From: Deltaproteobacteria bacterium TL4
Lineage (GTDB): Bacteria > SAR324 > NAC60-12
Reading direction: 5' to 3'
NCBI GenBank assembly: GCA_051382335.1
Contig: JBBCAX010000237.1
Span: 1 to 53,477 of the forward strand
Length of the DNA: 53,477 bases
The position numbers were made by a program, and so were the translations under genes. Below are positions 50,550 to 53,477 of the stretch, piece by piece. The notes below the pieces were generated by a model. The model ran no database searches. It saw only the letters and a list, made by a program, of their open reading frames with translations, and had not been told where the DNA came from. Within the stretch, counting starts at the first letter, position 1; each line of letters starts with the position of its first letter.

Positions 50550-52628
50550 CTAAAATAAGGTTTCAAACGAACCATCCGGGAACATCGCTCGATAGCCCAA
50601 ATCCTGATTGAATTCAATGGTTCCAAGTTGTTGACCCATTTGATTAATGATACGGCCAACCTGCCGGGTTTCTTGATTGTTAGGATCAAGATCATTGATC
50701 AGGATCGCCACCCCATTGTAGCTGACCATGCTGAACTTACTGACGGTTTTAAGGGAGCGATCGGTTTCATTAGTAATCAAACTTGCCTTGATGGTCAAAT
50801 CAGCGTCTGCCGCGAAAAAACCGACCTGGACGGTAATCAAGGTAAACTCTTCTCTTGACGCCTTGGCTGTCAGTTTGTAGCCTTCCACTTCCTTATCCAA
50901 ATAAGAATGCGCTTCCGCGTCAACGGTTACCGAGCCTTTGGCAAAATAGGTTTTGGTCTCTCTGATGTCCATGTTGATTTCACAATCATAACAAATGTTC
51001 TCCCCAATATCTAAGCGAAGACTCAGCTCAACGGCTCCATCCAGACAGGTGGCAGGTCTATTTCCGGTAAGAGTCACAATGGAATCATCTATACATTTAA
51101 ACTGGACTGTATTGTTGCTCAAATCGGCCTTTTCGATCTCGAACTCGTACTCTGATGCCAAAATTTGCTGATTTGGAGAAAGTGCCGCTGTGACTCTCAG
51201 CGAAATGACTTTGTTATCCTTGAGGTTCCTGTATTTTCCATTAAAGGTGACCGAATCCGCCAAATTCACTTTTCTTTCCGTCATGACAAACAGGCCGGTG
51301 GCCTGCTTCTCAATGTAAAACTCCCTTCCTATGACGGACCTGGTTTCGTTCAGCATTTTGAAGGAGCCGGTCAACTCTGCGGTAGGGGTTGTTAAACGAC
51401 CCACAAACGTGAAATTGGATAAATAACTCATGTTGTCGGTTTCCACTTTGGTCCCATCAGAACGGGTTTCTACTTGGGTTGTCACATGCCCTGCCAGCGT
51501 GAACTCAACCAACGCCATGGTATAGGTCCCCAGCCCCGTTGTTTTAGACGCCGCAAGGTTGACAAAAGAAATTTTGAAATCAAAATCCCGAGCTTTGGGA
51601 TCCAGGTCCGACTTGGTGTTAATGCCAATATTACCAAAATCATAAGTCAAGGACTCACTGGTGAGGGTATAGCCCCGGACATTGGCTTCCAGCGAAAAGG
51701 CCGCTTTTTGTTTGGGATTATCGCCTGCAACCGAATAGGTTCCGGAACCCACACTCTGTCCAGATGAGGATTTAAGCGTCCAGGCGACGTTCATATTATT
51801 CAGGGACCCCGAGGTATAAGTCACATCCAGCAAGTGAGGAGTTTCGTTGACGGTCACCGGAAAATTTGAAAGATCGGAGGGTTTGATGAGATTGAGGTCA
51901 TTTTCACCCGCCTTAATACGTGAGGAAGATTCTGCCAAAGCGACGGATAACTCCTGAGACGCGAGTTCAAACTCAGGTAATGTATCCAATTCATTACTGA
52001 TGGTTTCATTTTGCTGATTGTACTTTTCGAGGGATCCGGTCCGTGTGTCTTCTTCAGGAGCGAAATAATCCGCATTGGCAATTTCACGAACGGTGGTGAG
52101 TGTTGTTACAGCCTCCTGCTTTGAGGCAATGGGAATGCTTGCCATGGACACAACACCTAATTGTGTTACTTCATTATTCGCGATATCAACGCCTGAAACG
52201 GAGGCCAGAAAGCCCAGTACCGGAACACCTGAAAGCGCGGTTTCAGTTGTCACGAGGGAATGTTCTCCAAAAGCATGGATGCGAACAACATAATTTTTCC
52301 CTGCGGGAATCCCCTCAAGGATCCCTTTTTTCTCACGCACATCGAAGGCTTTCTGTAGACGTTCACCGTCTTTGTTGAGAACGATGCCCCCTTTCGAGTC
52401 TAAAATAGTCACTTCTACGGTAAGGACACTAGGGATCGGGAATATTTTTGCCGTTGAACGTCGGCCCAAAGGTTGTGCGCCGTCAGGCCATCGAAGTTGA
52501 AACGCCACCCCGCCATTACCACTACCGGAAGATTTTTCATCAGAAAAGGAACCACAGCCATACACCGCCAAGATCAATGCGGTGAATCCCAAAAATAAAC
52601 TCATGCTCAACCAATGTTTTGTTTTCAT
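50550..52628 (-). CDS. Large hypothetical lipoprotein
   Basis: Lipobox VYGC; beta-rich body. Confidence 0.75.
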   Translation of the reverse strand: MKTKHWLSMSLFLGFTALILAVYGCGSFSDEKSSGSGNGGVAFQLRWPDGAQPLGRRSTAKIFPIPSVLTVEVTILDSKGGIVLNKDGERLQKAFDVREKKGILEGIPAGKNYVVRIHAFGEHSLVTTETALSGVPVLGFLASVSGVDIANNEVTQLGVVSMASIPIASKQEAVTTLTTVREIANADYFAPEEDTRTGSLEKYNQQNETISNELDTLPEFELASQELSVALAESSSRIKAGENDLNLIKPSDLSNFPVTVNETPHLLDVTYTSGSLNNMNVAWTLKSSSGQSVGSGTYSVAGDNPKQKAAFSLEANVRGYTLTSESLTYDFGNIGINTKSDLDPKARDFDFKISFVNLAASKTTGLGTYTMALVEFTLAGHVTTQVETRSDGTKVETDNMSYLSNFTFVGRLTTPTAELTGSFKMLNETRSVIGREFYIEKQATGLFVMTERKVNLADSVTFNGKYRNLKDNKVISLRVTAALSPNQQILASEYEFEIEKADLSNNTVQFKCIDDSIVTLTGNRPATCLDGAVELSLRLDIGENICYDCEINMDIRETKTYFAKGSVTVDAEAHSYLDKEVEGYKLTAKASREEFTLITVQVGFFAADADLTIKASLITNETDRSLKTVSKFSMVSYNGVAILINDLDPNNQETRQVGRIINQMGQQLGTIEFNQDLGYRAMFPDGSFETLF

Positions 52629-52715
52629 AATAACCCCTATTTTAAATTTGAAAGATAGTGTAGCCGCACTTTGTTTTGTTTAGGTGCGAAAATTAAAAGA
52701 ATTTGTCCGGAATTA

Positions 52716-53477
52716 TTAAAAGCTGAAGCGGAAACCGAAATCAAAAATGGGGCTTCTGTCAGAATTTTCAATAAAATCTGACTTCAGATAAGTCGGAAAG
52801 GTCAGTCCAAGACGCAGGTTCAAATTTCGGAAGACGAGTCCCAGTGTTGTATCCGCCACCTCCTGCTGGTTTCCAATTCCTACCTCACGGATCTGATCTT
52901 CTTGCGTACTTCTGGCCATGACGCCAAGATACCCGCTGGTTTGCGCTCCCAAAAAGGCGAGCGGATGGTCGAATCCTACAAAAAGACCGATGCTATCGCC
53001 TTTGTCATAGTCATTTTCGTCTTTAGGTTTGTAAGCTAAAGAATAGCTTCCCAAAATACGGGAGTTTTCCAATTTTCTGAGGAAACTTTGGCTGAACTGT
53101 AAGGTGGCTACTTTACCGGAGCCCACTTTTTCATCTCCTGACGGAACTTCACTGCCTATCACCGTGAGCATGGCTGACTGTTCTGAAAAATTGGTCAATA
53201 ATTTTAACGCGACCAGCGCGTTTCCTGTCCCTCCGTCATTTTGTGTCAGGATGTAGGGCACAGAGAGCGCAAGTTTCAAAGCAGAAGTAAGGCTGTAGGA
53301 AAAAGGAATCGAATACACCTGAACCTCTTTTGAAATGGCCCCTTTGACACCAATGTCGCCTGCTGCGGCGGATTTTGCGGTGGTCTTTTCTTTCTTTTCG
53401 CTTTTCCCGCCTTCTTTTCCACCTTCTTTTTTGTCGCCTTCGCCACCACCTTCTTCTTTGGCGGATTGTTCGTCATC
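52716..53477 (-). CDS. Putative outer-membrane beta-barrel/transporter-like protein, 5'-partial
   Basis: The frame is open to the window edge (DDEQSAKEEGGG...EVQVYSIP); LSVPY...GTGN; C-terminal FGFRFSF. Confidence 0.65.
   Translation of the reverse strand, partial: DDEQSAKEEGGGEGDKKEGGKEGGKSEKKEKTTAKSAAAGDIGVKGAISKEVQVYSIPFSYSLTSALKLALSVPYILTQNDGGTGNALVALKLLTNFSEQSAMLTVIGSEVPSGDEKVGSGKVATLQFSQSFLRKLENSRILGSYSLAYKPKDENDYDKGDSIGLFVGFDHPLAFLGAQTSGYLGVMARSTQEDQIREVGIGNQQEVADTTLGLVFRNLNLRLGLTFPTYLKSDFIENSDRSPIFDFGFRFSF

Noticed and set aside
436..52378. Numerous short antisense or nested ORFs in the ORF track
   Set aside because: They are shadows of well-supported genes and have no independent motifs.
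53276..53476. 66-aa Lys-rich ORF or apparent frameshift
   Set aside because: It is an off-frame reading; the 52716 frame stays open to the window edge.

Overview
Bacterial chromosomal window, probably from a deltaproteobacteria-like lineage such as SAR324 or Desulfobacterota (inferred from gene content only). The left arm (1-10.3 kb) carries two hybrid histidine kinases, an acyl-CoA dehydrogenase, DUF6172, a TerB-like gene, fxsA, riboflavin synthase and mltA. The centre (about 10.4-31.0 kb) is an accessory island bracketed by two diverged copies of the same 95-bp mltA/lipoprotein junction. It holds a broken class C-like group II intron, two minus-strand CRISPR arrays (31 and 17+1 copies of a 35-bp repeat) and a type III-B cmr1-6 operon. 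Cas10 is HD-less with an intact GGDD motif, a Csx3-like ring nuclease is present, and no CARF/SAVED effector, cas1 or cas2 is recognisable. The cas6 looks like the N-terminal part of a Cas6-RT-Cas1 fusion cut off at the first repeat. Upstream in the same direction lies a largely translationally coupled module: coiled-coil protein, Ser/Thr kinase, pseudokinase fused to a NYN-like domain, soluble TPR-like histidine kinase, receiver-only response regulator, large PIN nuclease and a Phd/VapC pair. This module is the best candidate for an undescribed system. The spacers appear enriched for ribosome-binding-site/start-codon regions and for hairpins. The right arm (31-53 kb) carries a divergent dnaA paralog, a DUF2254-like membrane protein, gspC, aroQ, rsmE, a FabF-ACP-type III PKS-methyltransferase cluster and several lipoprotein/outer-membrane genes, including a frameshifted giant RCC1/beta-propeller lipoprotein. 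Four families of small elements with terminal inverted repeats (MITE-like), each wrapping a REP-like hairpin pair, are scattered through the window. All protein family calls come from motif recognition by eye; no database search was run.
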